From: Antedon mediterranea
Taxonomy: Eukaryota; Animalia; Echinodermata
DNA length: 64,000 nucleotides
Direction of reading: 5' to 3'
Assembly: GCF_964355755.1 (NCBI RefSeq)
Contig: NC_092673.1
Coordinates: 28,145,648 to 28,209,647 of the forward strand
Below, piece after piece: positions 30,693 through 45,045 of the stretch. The position numbers were made by a program, and so were the translations under genes. Positions within the stretch are counted from its first letter, which is position 1. Every line of letters starts with the position of its first letter. The notes beneath the pieces were generated by a model. The model did no database searches. It was not told the DNA's origin and saw only the letters and a list, made by a program, of their open reading frames with translations.

Positions 30693-33600
30693 ATGACTGA
30701 GGCAGCGGACGAGGTAAATTATTAATATCCTTTTCAATTGCCATTTCTCAAAATTACATTTTAAGAACACTACAATATAGTAAAACAGTGTGTTTAAAAT
30801 AAGCTCTAGGTAGGCCTAGGCCTAGGCCCTAGATTTTTGTAAAATTCTCGATTTGGACGGGACGATGGACGAATGTTTGTAGGCGTGGTATAAGAGAAAG
30901 AATGGGTCGCCCATCACTAGTACTAACCTACTAGGCCTTGACTAAGTCCTACTTCAGTTCTCGGCTTAAATGCATGTGTGTGAAAATGTTTAGAATTTAT
31001 TATTGCATATATATTAAGTTTAATATAAAAAATATTATTATTTTAATTATTTTAAAAATTCTCTTTGATAGGTAAATGATTTTTCTGATCTTGATCTTGG
31101 AGTTCTTGATTTGACATCCGAGGAGTTTGCTTTAGAAGAAGTTGACCTACATATCCAGGAAAACCTTGGCGATGACCTTGTTAAACAGGCCCTACAAGAG
31201 GTAAAAAATAAAATCATTCATTTAAAAATGAGAGCTATTGTGGACATCTGTCCACAGTACAACACATCATTTCATTTATTTGTTTCACAAAAACATCTGG
31301 GGCTTCTAAAGAGAGATGAAGCTCTATCTCGTATGCTCATGATCATGTGATCAATTAGTTATATAAATCGAACAATAGACCATATTAAATTATCAATTAG
31401 TTATATCAATTGAAAAATAAATTATGATTGATTACTATAGACCAGATGAAATTATCAATTAGTTATATAAATTGAACAATCAATTATGATTGGTTACTAT
31501 AGACCAGATGAAATTATTTTTAAATTAACATATATAGTCATAATAGTGTTTTAACTACTAGTTGATTTACATCCATGGCTTTTTATAAATAAAATCCTAT
31601 TTCACATTTCTTTTTGTAAATAAAATAATTTTTTAGGGTGTTGACTTGCGACAATATTCTAAACAGATAGAAGCAGAATTACAACAAGTGGAAAATGAAT
31701 CCATTCAAGACTGTATCCTTCAATTATTTTAAAGACCCCTTCCCTGCAATTTTGGACGTTTTTTGGAAAATAATACATATATATCACTTTAAAAACATTA
31801 AACCATGTCATTCCTTGTCTTAAATGTACGTTTTATGGTAAATTATGATAAAAAGTGAAAAACAATGCACTACCTAAGTAGCTCGCGGCGATCGACCTCT
31901 TGTGGACGGTCTTAGGCCTAGCCTAGCTAGGCTTAGTTTTGTAGGCCTAGCTGGTAAACATCGGTAACGTACGAACATCGTACGCTAGCTATATACCTAG
32001 CCTGATGTTGTATAGTTGCTGCATTAATTGTCTTTCTATTTTTGCCAGACTCCGTTGATACAAATTGGGGAAAACCCGGTATTTTCGCTGAAAAGTTAGG
32101 AGTCTTCCATTTGTTTTGGCCTCACGATCGATCGAAAAGTGGGCGAATTACAGGTGAAAAACAAAAATATCAATCCGCGCGCAATGCATTTTGGGATTTA
32201 TAGCGGGCCGCTATAATTATTAGAATCGACTTATTTTTCACATTTTTAACCGTTTAAAGACGAAAAAAGTTATCGCAATAGGACCATATAGTATTATTTT
32301 TACATTAAATATAGTTTGTGATCTTAAATTAGATCTAAAAAACGTAGGGAATGGGGCTTTAACAATATTTTACGAGGGTGGTCCATCGAGCCGAAGCTGA
32401 TCATTAGGGACCCTCCAGAAAAATATAATATGATGAGACATAACAATAAAAATAACATCCATAATGCATTAAAAATATATAATAATGAATAATTAGAAGT
32501 ACATTTGATTTTATTTTTATTTTTTTCCTCAACATAACTATTTAACAGATATCAAAGAAAGTAAAAATATAGCAAGCCTACATAACCAGATAACAGCGTG
32601 TGACACTATTCTAGAGGTAGGTAAAGCCAGCTATAATGCTGCTTCTCATCCTACCCTTGATTCTTGAAACTTAAACCATTACCATACCAGTACAAATGAG
32701 GTTATTCTGGTCCTCAAACTGAGAAAATTAGGCCTACATTTATAGTAAAACAGTGTGTTTAAATAAGCTAAACTTTAGGCCCTTGATTTTTGTGCACGGC
32801 AGCCAGCAGTGCAGTACCTACCAGCACACCGGGAGACGATCCCCCATTATGAGTACAGTACATTCAACTTTTTTTGCTATTGTTTAATTTAATTGTTTGA
32901 ATTTCTTGACAGCGTATGGAGGATATGTTAAGTGGGTTTCAGTCAGCACTTGGTAGCATTAGTCTTGAAATACAAAATCTACAAGAACAGTCAATTGCAA
33001 TGAACATAAAGCTACAAAACCGACAAGCTGTACGTGGAGAGCTAAGTCAGTTTGTGGATGAGATGGCGGTAACAGAATCTATGATACGGTACGGTCATCT
33101 ATTCTGTGCTTGCCATTTGTAGGTTGGGTTTTCACAATTTCATCAGGAATACCTCTCCTTTAGAACTTGAATTATTGGTTATGATGCTTGGCTACCAAGT
33201 CCTGGTTTCAAGACCTGTTTGTGTTAGGATTTCTGATGACAATTTATAACTCCACTCCCAAAGACTTTGTTTTTGTAGAGCATCTTTTTTATATGTTTGT
33301 CTTGTGAACAGGATTGCCACCTTTAAGAAGGATAGTGAATGAATTCACTTATGGTTATCTTTAGCAATTTGCCTAAATATAATAAAAACACACAAAAAAT
33401 ACCACAGTGGGTTATAATGCATACAATAGGTGGTTAACCCCCAGGGATCCGTGCATGCCAACCACCCACTTGAATTGATTGATATACATTTAAATTTGGT
33501 GTTTTTTTTTGTTCATGTAGTCATATCTTGGAAACACCAGTTACAGAAAGGAAGTTTCTTGAACAACTTCATGAACTGAATCACAAGATAAACTTTGTAA

Positions 33601-36600
33601 AGGAGCAATCTTTTAAGGACGCACTCGCATGTCGCGACGTGCAAGACGTACTTGAAAAACTAAAAATTAAGGTGATTTATTTGCCATGTCTTAAACTTCA
33701 ACTTTAGAAACTGTTTTTGACTAAAGCTCTGTCTACACTATCAAACTTTATGTGACAAAAAGTGTGATGTGCCCATGGACATGATGATGTCATATCACTA
33801 CCATATTTGGGCATATCACTACCATATTTGGGCACATCACACTTTTTTTGTCAAACTAGTTCAGATAGTGTAGACTCAAATCTAACCCCTAGCCATCAGC
33901 GAAAGCTCGGTGGTCTAGAGGTATGAACGCCAGGCTAGTGATCTGGAGGTCATAGGTTCGAGTCCCAGCCGAGAATGTATTCTAAATGTACTTATATATG
34001 TATAAAGTGCGTCGTCAGAGTAGAACAAAAAATCTGACGAATTTCTCAACACCCTGACGCAAAGCTACTCCATAGTAGTTACAAACAATTACAATGATGG
34101 CTTAGTTATAACAATAGTTGAAATGATAAATTCAGTAAATAAACAAACACAGTGTAACAAAAGATATTTTCATAACTTTTAGGCAATTGCAAAGATTCGA
34201 GAATATCTACTACAGAAGATCAATCATTTCAAAAAACCAATGACTAACTATCAAGTTCCCCAGAATGCATTGCTGAAGTCGAGGTTAGCTTTGAAGTTAT
34301 ATTTTCAGCAATCTATCTGCTCCCACTCATGGTTATTATTTAATGGTGGTAAAATAAATACAGTACAACCAGTTGGTGAACACCCCTTTATTTAGAGGAC
34401 ACACCCCCATAGTGTCCAATCATGGAGCTAGCTCCATGGTCCAATCCTAGGAGTACTACTGTATTATAATAATTGGCTTTTATTTCAATTCTTTTGTTTA
34501 GGTTTTTCTATGAGTTTTTGTTGGGAAATGAACGGCATATTGCGAAGGAAGTCCGCGACGAGTACGTTGACACCATGAGTAAGATGAAGTTTTCTTATTT
34601 CAAGGGATACACTAACAGGCTAATGAAGTTACAGGTGTGTACATGTATATCACATTTTTACAATGATAATCTTTTAAAGCATGAGTGTATAAAAAGACAT
34701 TGCTTGTGGACACAGTGTGTTCACATTGACTCCAGTGGTTGGAGAAAAATCTGTGCTGTGTTACGTTTTTTGATGCATGCATTGGTACAGAATGTGGTTC
34801 TGGCCAATAAACGCTACAGTACACCCATTTTTCATGGTTTTAATCCGGCGGTCAGACCTGAATCTAGTGTGAACATAACTTTGTTTAATTTGTATTCCAT
34901 AGTACGATGAGGTTGCTGATAAAGATGACCTAATGGGAATAGAGGACAACGCTAAAAAAGGTAAAGTGACCTTAAAGCTCTGTCCACACTATCAAACTAG
35001 TTTGCCCTGTTTATTGTGTGATACAGTATACCCAAATATGGTAGTGATAGATGTACATGGGCACATCACATTTTGTTATCACATAAAGTCTGATAGTGTA
35101 GACTGAGCTTTAGATTCAACTATAGAAATAATAATGCTACTTCTACAAGAAATAAACAACATGGCAACTGCCAAGCTATGACTTTTTACATTTGATGGAT
35201 CAGGGGGAGGGGCAGAGGGTATGAAAAGGAGTCGATCTGCCCCTGTGCATACATGTTGGTATAACGCATCATTTCAATCTTTTGTAGGCTTTTTTTCATC
35301 AAAAGTATCTTTCAAGAATCGTTCAACTGTCTTTACAATCGGAAACAGAAACAGCGTTTTAACAACAGAATTGGAAGCGCCAATCATTGTGCCGCATGCC
35401 GCTCAGAAGGCTGAAACAAAGGTTTGCTCTCTCAAATTACAAATGTTTTTAAATATGTATTGTCACCAAAAAATGAAAAATAAAGATAAATGAAGATGAA
35501 TAAAATCAAATTTTTAACAGATTATTTTGTAGTTAACAATTTAAAAAAATACAAAATAAATGATTAAATTTAACCAAAAACTTTCAGTCTCAAAACTAAT
35601 TTTTTTATCTAGTTTTTGTGAATATCATGTGAATGACTATCATGTGACATTAATGGGCTATTCAACAAAAACGTGTGATTTTATTATTATTAGGGTAATG
35701 TACATAGTAACTGATATGCTATAAAATGAAAAATACATATATAGTCCGTGTAAACACATCCTTAGTATCTACAGTAGCTGTAAAGCCTTGTCCACACTAT
35801 CAAACTTTATGTGACAAAAAAATGTGATGTGCCCATATATAGACATGATGATGTCATATCACTACCATATTTGACCATATCACTACCATATTTGGGCACA
35901 TTCCCCTTTTTTTTGGTCAAACTAGTTTGATAGTGTAGACAGAGCTTAACACCCTTTTCACATAACAATGATATAATTGTAATATGCACTCAAATTTTAC
36001 CTTCTCACAGCATACATTTGAGAGTTTGTTTCGCAGCCAGCATTATGCTCTTGTTGATAATTGCTGTAGAGAGTATTTATTCATTTGTGACTTCTTTATG
36101 GTGTCTGGCAACAGTGCACAAGACTTGTTCAACAGCATTATGGGAAAGACTCTCTCCATGTTCCTTGTAAGTATCACAAATAATGTACCAAGAAAAGTAA
36201 CAGGGCTCGATATTTCACAACTCTGGTGTACTAAGTCAGTAACTAAAATTCCTGAGTAAATGATAATCCATATCAGGCTATTTCTCAGTCCAGGTACAAC
36301 AAAAACATTGTTATATTATGTTTTATTTACAGAAACACATGGACGTGTACAGTAGCGACTGCTTTGACTCCATCGCTGTTTATCTTTGTATTCACATTAT
36401 ATTCCGATTTCAACTAATGATGCACAAGAGAGCGGTCCCTGCCCTAGATAAGTAAGTCACTCACTTTGCTGTCCTTGCAGATGCTGTCTTCCTTTCAGAT
36501 GTCATCTTTATTTTTATTTTTTTCATACACATCCAAATCGAAGTAACTTGCCAATTACAAGATGGATACATTATTTTATAATTTATCATGCTTATAAACT

Positions 36601-38628
36601 AAGTCTCATTTGAGGCTTAGGGAGTGACGTTGAAAGAGTTCCAGCGTTTTAAACCTTTTGGATTGGAAGGCAAGCATGTTAACCACCAAACTACAGCTCC
36701 ATTCAATTGTAACATGAAATTCCTTTATTTTCAGATATTGGGAGACGATGCTTGAGATGTTATGGCCACGGTTTCAGTACATACTTGAGTTGAATATTGC
36801 CAATATCCGAGATACAGACCCCCAAAAACTAGGATCAGTGGATTATCGACCTCATTATGTAAGCCTACAAGTGAAAGTTAATTAATCATTAAACTCTGTC
36901 TACACTATCAAACTTGATGTTACAAAAAAATGTGATTTTCCCATATATGATCATGATGATGTCATATCACTCCCACATCATTACCATCACACATTTTTTT
37001 GTCAAACTAGTTTGATAGTGTAGTCAGAGCTTTACTGTATTATGGTGTCCCAGTTAAACACTGTATTATATTTGTTTAAATCGTATTATCCAGTATATGA
37101 TCAAGTTCTGGCTGGTCTGGGTACCTCAAAATTATGAGGTGGGATTATACTCAGATTGCAATAACAATGGAATTGACCAAATTCTTGTTTCCATATTTAG
37201 CCTAGATTAATACTAAATCAAACCCTGTCAGACAGTCCTTACATTTTCCAATTTCAAAAGCATTTGAAAATGCAATGGCACTTTTACTGTTGTTTTGGTG
37301 ACATTTTTTGGAACAGATCACACGACGTTACGCAGAATTCTCTGGCGCCCTTGTAAGTCTAAATGAAACATTCCCAGATGAGCGTGTGAACCAGTGTCTG
37401 GCACGGTTACAAATGGAAGTTGAAAACTTCATTCTACGTCTTGCAGCCGAGTTCCCTCAACGCAAGGAACAACTCATCTTCCTGATTAATAATTATGATA
37501 TGATGCTTTCTGTTATAACGGTGAGTAGGTTTTTATTGAAAATGATAATGATACTAACAACATCATTATTAAATTTACCTTTTAAGTTGACTGGTTAAGT
37601 TGACAACCCTGGCACTAGATCAGGATTGAACCCTGGCACTAGGTCAGGATTGAACCCTGGACGTTGTGATTTAAGGCCACCAAGCTACAGCCCCACTACA
37701 ATACTCCTACATTACTTGTACACAAATCCTATTTTTAAATAGACAATAAGTTAACTCTACTCCTAAGTTTCAAGTGAGACTTGGTAAACACGATAAATTA
37801 TGTACTGTATTATAAAATGTGCCTTTGAATACGTATGAAATTTTTTTAAATTAATGAATTAACTTTATAGGAGCGTACATCCGAAGACTCTAGAGAAGGT
37901 GAAAGTTTCCGAAAGCTTCTGCAGGAGCGAACACAGGAATTCATTGAAGAAGTTTTAAGTCCGTACTTTGGAGGCATGATGACTTTTGTCAAAGAAGCCG
38001 AGAGTGCCGTTGAGAAGGGTCAAGCCGATCAAATGAAATACCAGGAACGTAAGTTTTATGTGAATACAGTAATGTCAGCCTAAAAATAATATTACAGTAG
38101 TTCATTCTTATATAGTGTATATAAGAAAGCTCTTAATGCGCTGCACATTATTACCATGGTCATTTTTTTTATCAAACACGTATGGAAACCTACTCCCATA
38201 ATGCAGCTAGTAATCAGCACAACGTTGTGTCTTGACCTAACGTTGTGTCTTGACCTAACCCAGTACCCATACCCTCACAAGTGTGGTAGCTTGACTTTAC
38301 TAAAGTGTAACTGGCTAGTAAGCGGTTTAGATAATTAATAAACAAACATCTTTATTTTTTAGAGAGAATTCAGAAGTTAGTAAGAGATTTCGTGGCCGAG
38401 TGGAAGCAAGCGATTGAAAACGTGAATCAGGAAGTAATGAAGTCTTTCACTAACTTCAAAAATGGCACCAGTATTTTGCAGGGCGCCCTCACTCAACTAA
38501 TTCAGTACTATCATCGATTCAAGGAAGTGCTATCAAAGCCGCCATTTAAAACGATGGCCGTACGAAGTCAACTCATAAATATTCATCACATCATGGTCGA
38601 AGTGAAGAAATATAAGCCTAACTTTTAA
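30693..38628 (+). CDS. VPS52: Vacuolar protein sorting-associated protein 52 (GARP/EARP subunit); ~16 coding exons
   Basis: Exons at ~30693-30713, 31072-31200, 31637-31712, 32549-32616, 32913-33088, 33521-33671, 34183-34283, 34502-34634, 34903-34960, 35289-35421, 36011-36166, 36333-36451, 36735-36858, 37317-37520, 37871-38048 and 38363-38628. They encode GVDLRQYSKQIE, IASLHNQITACD, RPHYITRRYAEFS, FLINNYD and C-terminal MVEVKKYKPNF*. Confidence 0.95.
31713..32548 (+). other. U12-type (minor spliceosome) GT-AG intron in VPS52
   Basis: 5' splice site GTATCCTT. Branch-site-like TTCCTCAAC lies ~15 nt before the AG, with no polypyrimidine tract between them. Splicing here restores ...IQD-Y-IKES. 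Confidence 0.85.
31733..32358. mobile_element. Non-autonomous TTAA-targeting DNA transposon (Kolobok-like AG...CT ends)
   Basis: TTAA on both sides; imperfect TIR agaccccttccct / agggaatggggct. Confidence 0.6.
33170..33380 (+). mobile_element. SINE-like repeat, family shared with 48662-48900
   Basis: Shared motifs ggttatgatgct.ggctacca, aactccactcccaaagact and ttgccacctttaa..ggatagtgaatgaattcac. Confidence 0.65.
33905..34060 (+). mobile_element. tRNA-derived SINE head
   Basis: Pol III A box tggtctagagg and B box ggttcgagtcc, without an intact cloverleaf. Confidence 0.55.
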
Positions 38629-38642
38629 TGAACACGCCCCTT

Positions 38643-38773
38643 AAGCTCTGTCTACACTATCAAACTGTATGTGACAAAAATAATGACAACACTACCATTT
38701 TTTTAAGCATATCACTACCATATATGGGCACATCACACTTTTTTGTCACACGTGTGATAGTGTAGACAGAGCT
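38643..38773. mobile_element. Representative of a high-copy ~130-165 bp MITE family (about 18 copies in the window)
   Basis: TIR aagctctgtctacactatca(aac) / (gttt)gatagtgtagacagagctt, with internal ~20-bp tandem atatcactaccatatttggg. Other copies at ~5531, 23059, 28649, 33724, 34975, 35782, 36891, 42255, 42673, 43562, 44223, 48299, 49158, 55032, 57430, 58109 and 62020. Confidence 0.9.
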
Positions 38774-40187
38774 TTATCACTAATTCACATTCCAACGGGT
38801 AGAAGGTAAAAACTCGAATTTTGTAAAGTGAAATTGTTGGGCTTTGTGGGTTGAATTCCTGATGGCTACTTTATACTATGTCACTAGATAGTTAAGCCGT
38901 TTTTTATCGTTGTGCGGTGGTTTCACGAAATACACTGATACACAATGCTTTATTACCTGGGATTTTGAAAGTCTATACACAAGCCTCACCCTTCAAGACA
39001 CTAATGACTCCATCCATTCAAAATGCATGCAAACTCTTAAATTTAAACGAAATTATATCTTACCAAATTAAATGAACAGTTCTGATTGGTTGTGCAAGAC
39101 CAGAAATTGAATGAATGTACTGTACATACCCATAAACTGACATTATTCAAATTACCTGCGAGTAAACTTCACCATGTCCATTCAGTTTATACAACCAATC
39201 GCCACCACCATACTAAGTTGTATATGTCTACATTTCTTTGGTAAACATTACCATTGTATTGTAAAATTATGGTATAAATGTGCTAATATTATGTATAATT
39301 ATGTATTTATTGTTATATACAGGTATTTCAATTCTATTGCATACAGTAAATAAAATCCCAGAATAGTGAATGTTATGTTATTATTTTTTATTAGTTTTTA
39401 TGACATTGTTTATACATTTTTACTAGGCCTAAATACATTTTTACTTGCTATCCCTTTCACATCGCCTTGTACACACCAGGGAATCCACTGCCAAGCAATG
39501 AGAACAAAATCTGTTAATATGGCTCTACATTCCCTCCTGCCCCAATAAAGTTGCAGCGTAACATTTATCATTTAAAATATACAGTATGCAGATACCAGTT
39601 GCAGGCCTAACAATTTTTAGTTTTGTTACTCAAGCCTGAAACGATAAAAAATTCAATCAAATCTAGGGATTATTTGTTTGTAATTCATCAATATTTCAAT
39701 TGGAATTAAAGTAATGCATAAATGAGTTTTCTATAACACCCACTTTTTATTATCGTCTGTTTGGGCAACATAACACTTTGTTAGCATTTTATGAACAAGT
39801 GATCATTTTTGACTAGGACAACAGAGGAGGGCACTTCGAACACATAAATACATTATTAACTTTTCCAAAACCTGGAGATGGAAACTGAACACAAATTACT
39901 GTTTTAGGAATACGAAGTCATATAAAAATGTTAAAGTAAAGGTATAATATATATTTAATACTGTATGTTCATCAAGATCCCCCCCCCCCCCACCACCATC
40001 ATTTGTCAATTTTCTTTGCCTTATATATATTTAAATAACTGTATACACATTGTTTTTTCAACTGCATACAAATAATGGTGTCAAAATTAACACCTAAATC
40101 TATAATACTGCTAAACCCAAACAATAATCTTTTGTCTGTAATTACTCAACTGCAAAAATATTTTGTGCTATTATTGATATTATTTTG

Positions 40188-43100
40188 TCATATTACATTT
40201 TTTTCTATTAACGGTGTACCATCCCATAGTCTGTCAAAGCCCATTTTAGTTAAATCTATGGAAACCGTGCAGCCATTTATTATAAGTTCTGTAACCGCTT
40301 GACCAACGGCCGGAGACTGTTGGATGCCATGACCGCTAAACCCTGTTGCTACCACCAAATTCGGGTAAGCTGGGTGATAACCAATAATACCATTTTGGTC
40401 AAAAGTGTTGTAATCATAATATCCCGCCCAAGCATTTTTAATCTGTGAAAAAGAATGAAGATTCCATGTTTAATTAACTTTATTTTCTGTGAAACCCTAC
40501 AAAGCATTCATACTATAGTATAGTACTAGTTGTAAACTTAAAGATGTATTGTCCCCCAAAAACATGAACATTTGAAGATTAATTTTAAATAAGACTTTGC
40601 ATAGGGGATTTTGTAGAAAAAAAAATAATGCTTGCACTTATTATATGGTTAAATTCAACCAAGATCCCATTGGCTGGCAGCAAATTTTACTATTTTTTGC
40701 TTTAAATTACATTTTTTTCGGGGAAATAGACTTTTTTTTCAATCCAATTTTTGGTCAAAGTGGATGATTTGATTGCATATTAAACAACAAAATTATTTCT
40801 TTCAGGGGGACAATACATCATTAAGCATGAATTTAGACTGTCAAATATATTTAACATTCATCAAATACAAATGAAAAGTATACTTACTTTAAGACATTCA
40901 AATGCTTTAACCCGATTGGCCAGATTTGGCCAAATCTGGTCGTTAAACCATTCATAATCAACTGACAAGTCTTCACAGCTAGGCTCCTGGTCCTGTTGTT
41001 AATATAAAAAAGACTATTAAGCATTGTGCATGTGTTAATTTTGTAAAGGCCTTTCAGGAAAACCAGAAGTTTTGGACCATCCTGAGACTTGGTTCCCACG
41101 ACGTGGGTGCAACACAAAAATGATCCATGGCGATTATTCACATTACTGAATATCACCTATGTTATATATGCAATTCATTCATTACAGTTTATACATTTAC
41201 CATACTTATTCGAATATATGCCCGGGGGAATTTACTGTTCAGGAGGGTTCTTATGGGGGGGGGGGGGCGTTTTCTCGAGGTAGGCATTCATTGGGAGGGA
41301 GGTGTTTATTTTTTTGGGTGTAAATAAATAAAGGCTCTGTGGCGTTTAATCAAAATGATGTTCTATGGGGAAGAGGGAGGGGGCGTTTATTCGGTGGTGG
41401 TGTTTATTTGAATAATACGGTATTTATCGTTAGATTATGACAGAACATTACCTCTGGAGGACTTTTTCCCGCTATATACATTCCTCCGAATCCTTCCCGT
41501 CGGAAATAAGATCCATCCGGCATTATAACAAATGGACAATCTAAAGTAGGGCCCTCTGGAGCATGGCACACATAGACATAGCGTTTTCGTGGTTCCACTG
41601 GGATCATTAAATCCAATAAACCATCTGCAGGGCCGCATCCGATGTCCGCCAACATTCCAACTTCTTTTGAGGTAGGACCAGCGGCCATGACAACATATGA
41701 ACAATTTACAACATTTGTTTCTGGACTGTTTAACATTCGAACCTACAAAAAAGTCACAGTTCAAAATAAAATGGACAGCCCATTCTTGGTACGGTATCTA
41801 TTTCCGAAGTATCATAGAAATATTTGGTAATACAACATCACATGTATCTAGTATTAGCCAAACCCTTAACCTAACATGATACAGGCAGTACATGTGATAT
41901 AAATGAGATTCTGTATTACCAAATATTCCTTTGATTCTTCGGAAATAGTATGTGGAGATACAGCACTAGGAATCGGGTGAGATGGGAAGAAGTTGTTCAC
42001 AAAAAATAGTAATATGTATTAATTACACTCACCTTGACGCCAGTGATCCTACGACCGCATCCTCCATATGCCATACTTTCATTTGGCTTCACCTCACTAT
42101 ACTGAAACCCGCTGACCTCACCGTCTACGTATTTAGCTCCAAGGGAAATAGCTTTTTTACGAAAGGCGGACAGCAATGACCACGGATCAAACCAACCTTC
42201 ATTCTCATAACCTAGAACAAAAATTATCAAATTCACTTTACATTTTACTTTCCTAAGCTCTGTCTACACTATCAAACTTTATGACAAAAAAATGTGATGG
42301 GCCTATATGGACATGATGATGTCATATCACTACCATATTTGACCATATCACACTTTTTTTGTAAAATTAGTTCAATAGTGCAGACAGGTTAATACTTTTT
42401 AGTTTTCCTTATTTTTTATACTGGGTGACCTCTCTCTCCCATTTATGATCAGTAGCTGTTAGTGACATACCATATGAGGCAAGCGCTATATCATCTGTGT
42501 TCATCCATGGGTGCCTTTCCTTAAGCATTGTTGGTGATAACAACTCAACTTTTGCTCCTAATTCCCTGAAATATACAAATAAATTTCACACAATCAATTT
42601 ATAATAATATAATACTGTACTAGCAAAAGTTCAAGAAGTATACTTCATGTATCAGACAGAAAATCTCATCAAAAGCTCTGTCTACACTATCAAGCTTTAT
42701 GCGACAAAAAAATGTGATGTGCCCATATATTTTATTTCATACTAGACAGAGCTTTAGTCCATAATACTAATACTAATTTAATTTCATTTTTTTATTATTT
42801 TGTACACAAAAGTAAGAAACTTGCTAAATATAGGATGAATAAACTAAAATTTACCGGTCATATAAACTAATAAAGTCTCATTTGAGGCTTAGGGGATGGT
42901 GTAGAAAGAGGCATGAACTTTGACACCCTTTCATGAGAAACGTAGTACAGGGAGAAAGTATCCTTTTCAGACCTCAAAATTTGGAGAGAGAAAAACGAAA
43001 TATCACAAGGTTTTATGAAACCATGTAAAACTCTAGGGTGCTATGATACTATGTCGAGAAAGGTTGAAAATGCATTATTTCACATAATAATGAATAAATT

Positions 43101-45045
43101 TATCAAAAACGTTATGGACCAATATTAGTAGGTGTTTTCTACTCTCAAATTATTAATTATACATTATAAGGGTATTTTATTTGTATATTTTATATTACCG
43201 TATATATTACTAAAAATCTTGAGAAATTGTATTTTAGAGAAAGAGCGAGAGATGACACAAATAATCATGACAGTTGATAGTCTGCCTTTGTAATTTGAAT
43301 ACTTTACTTGCTGACCTTTGTATTTTGTGATTTTCCTGCAGGATATGTGCCCCTCGTTCCGTGGCAAGAAACAAGTAGCCATGCTCATTGAACTGAACGT
43401 CTGGTGGGTCTTCATCCGCCACACACAAATTCTCTTTAATATTATGTAAGAACTCAGCACTATACATTGACATCTGTATGTTCTCTGCATTTGAAAACTG
43501 TTGACGTATGCCACCAGCTGCCAGTGTGCTTGCACACCTAGTGTACTAAAACAAATGAGTAAACTCTGTCTACACTATCAAAATGTGATGTGCCCATATA
43601 TGGACATGATGATGTCATATCACTACCGTATTTGGTTATATCACTACCATATTTGGGCACATCATTTTGTCAAACTATTTTGATATTGTAGACATTCATA
43701 CTACTGTACTAGCAAGTATACCTTCCCCAGAGTGTGATTAAAGAAATTCAAGAGTTTTGAGATTTTACCTTGACCTTTAACGACCTAACAAATGCAAGAT
43801 CGTCCAAGTTTGAAGACTAGTCTCTGAATAAAGCCGGACAGATACGCAGAGATTTAGTGAATTATAGCATTTATAAACATTTTGTAGAAAAGTTTTCTGG
43901 ATTATTAAAGATCTTTTAACTTGATTTGATGCAAAAAAAGGTTATGAGTTACTCTTGGACAAGTTTTATTAAAGTAAGTCTGACCTTTATCTCAATACAA
44001 ATTAAATTGACAAAAACTACTGTACTTGTGAAGCGGAAAGAAGCTATTGTATAAAAGAAGTCAATATTTAGAAATCAAGGCCCCTTGTGGTTAATCAATG
44101 CAGACTGTTTATTGTGCAAGACAAGGAGAGTGGTAGGTAGAGAAATTAAATACAATCTTTTGTTACCTCCGAGAAGTTAAAAGGTAGATCAGTTTTGTGC
44201 GAGTTTCTTTATTTGTTAGTTAAATTCTGTCTACACTATCAAACGTTATGTGACAACAAAAATGCGATGTGCCCACATGTTATAGGACATGATAACACAT
44301 CATTACAATATTTGGGCATATCACTACCATATTTGGGCACATCACATTTTGTTGACACATAAAGTTTAATAGTGTAGACAGCTGAGCTTTAGAAGGATTA
44401 CTCAAAAAGTTTTTGCCAGATTTTCATAAGATTTTAAAGAATGGTTTCATACCTCTCTATAATATAGTCTATAGACTTGATTAGAATATTGAACAGATGG
44501 TAAATAAAATATTAAAGATGTATTAACCCTAAAAAAACATGAAAAATGAAGGTTAAAGAAATCAGACTTTGAATAGGCCATTTTGCATTATTCACTTCTT
44601 TTTCGATCCAATTTTTTTATCAAACTATTATTATGTGACATTAATAAATGGCATATTAAAAAAAAACTTGAAAACAATAGATTTAATCGTTACAAAAAAA
44701 AAGTTCCTGCAATAAATTTAAATATTTAAATAAAAATACACAAACCTGTGAATCTTTCTCAACAACCAGAACAGACATGTTATAATTGTGTTTCTTTAAA
44801 AAGTATGCTATGCTAGAACCCATCACCGCACCACCGATAACCACAACGTCCACATCAGGGGGAGGTCGATTGTTATGCGGCGAGTCAGTGTTCAGACTCC
44901 TCGTCCTTGTTAGGCCTAGGCCTAGACAATTACGGTGCCTAGAACCGATAAAAGAACCGGATACATGTTTACGCAAACTTATGCTTATCGTTTGTTCTAC
45001 TGCAGCATTACCAAATAGTCTTGGAAATAGCCGAATAGTGGCCAT
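40188..45045 (-). CDS. FOXRED1: FAD-dependent oxidoreductase domain-containing protein 1 (complex I assembly factor); 7 exons
   Basis: Exons ~45045-44746, 43545-43316, 42565-42471, 42211-42033, 41741-41452, 40992-40888 and 40443-40188. Arg-rich mitochondrial-type presequence, Rossmann VVVIGGAVMGSS, GGIRQQFS, NEGWFDPWSLL, PVEPRKRYVY, AWAGYYDYNTFDQNG and GFSGHGIQQSPAVG. Confidence 0.93.
40542..40820. mobile_element. TTAA-flanked MITE (Kolobok-like) in a FOXRED1 intron
   Basis: TTAA|agatgtattgtccccc ... gggggacaatacatca|TTAA. Confidence 0.7.
41198..41421. mobile_element. MITE with G-rich internal repeats
   Basis: Imperfect TIR taccatacttattcgaata / tatttgaataatacggta with repeated ggggcgtttatt. 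Confidence 0.5.
41799..41947. mobile_element. Foldback MITE
   Basis: Arms tatttccgaag...aatatttggtaataca / tgtattaccaaatatt...cttcggaaata, with central aacccttaacctaac. Confidence 0.6.

Noticed and set aside
33905-33975. Possible tRNA gene
   Set aside because: A and B boxes are present but acceptor and anticodon stems are not intact and no poly-T terminator follows; better explained as a SINE head.
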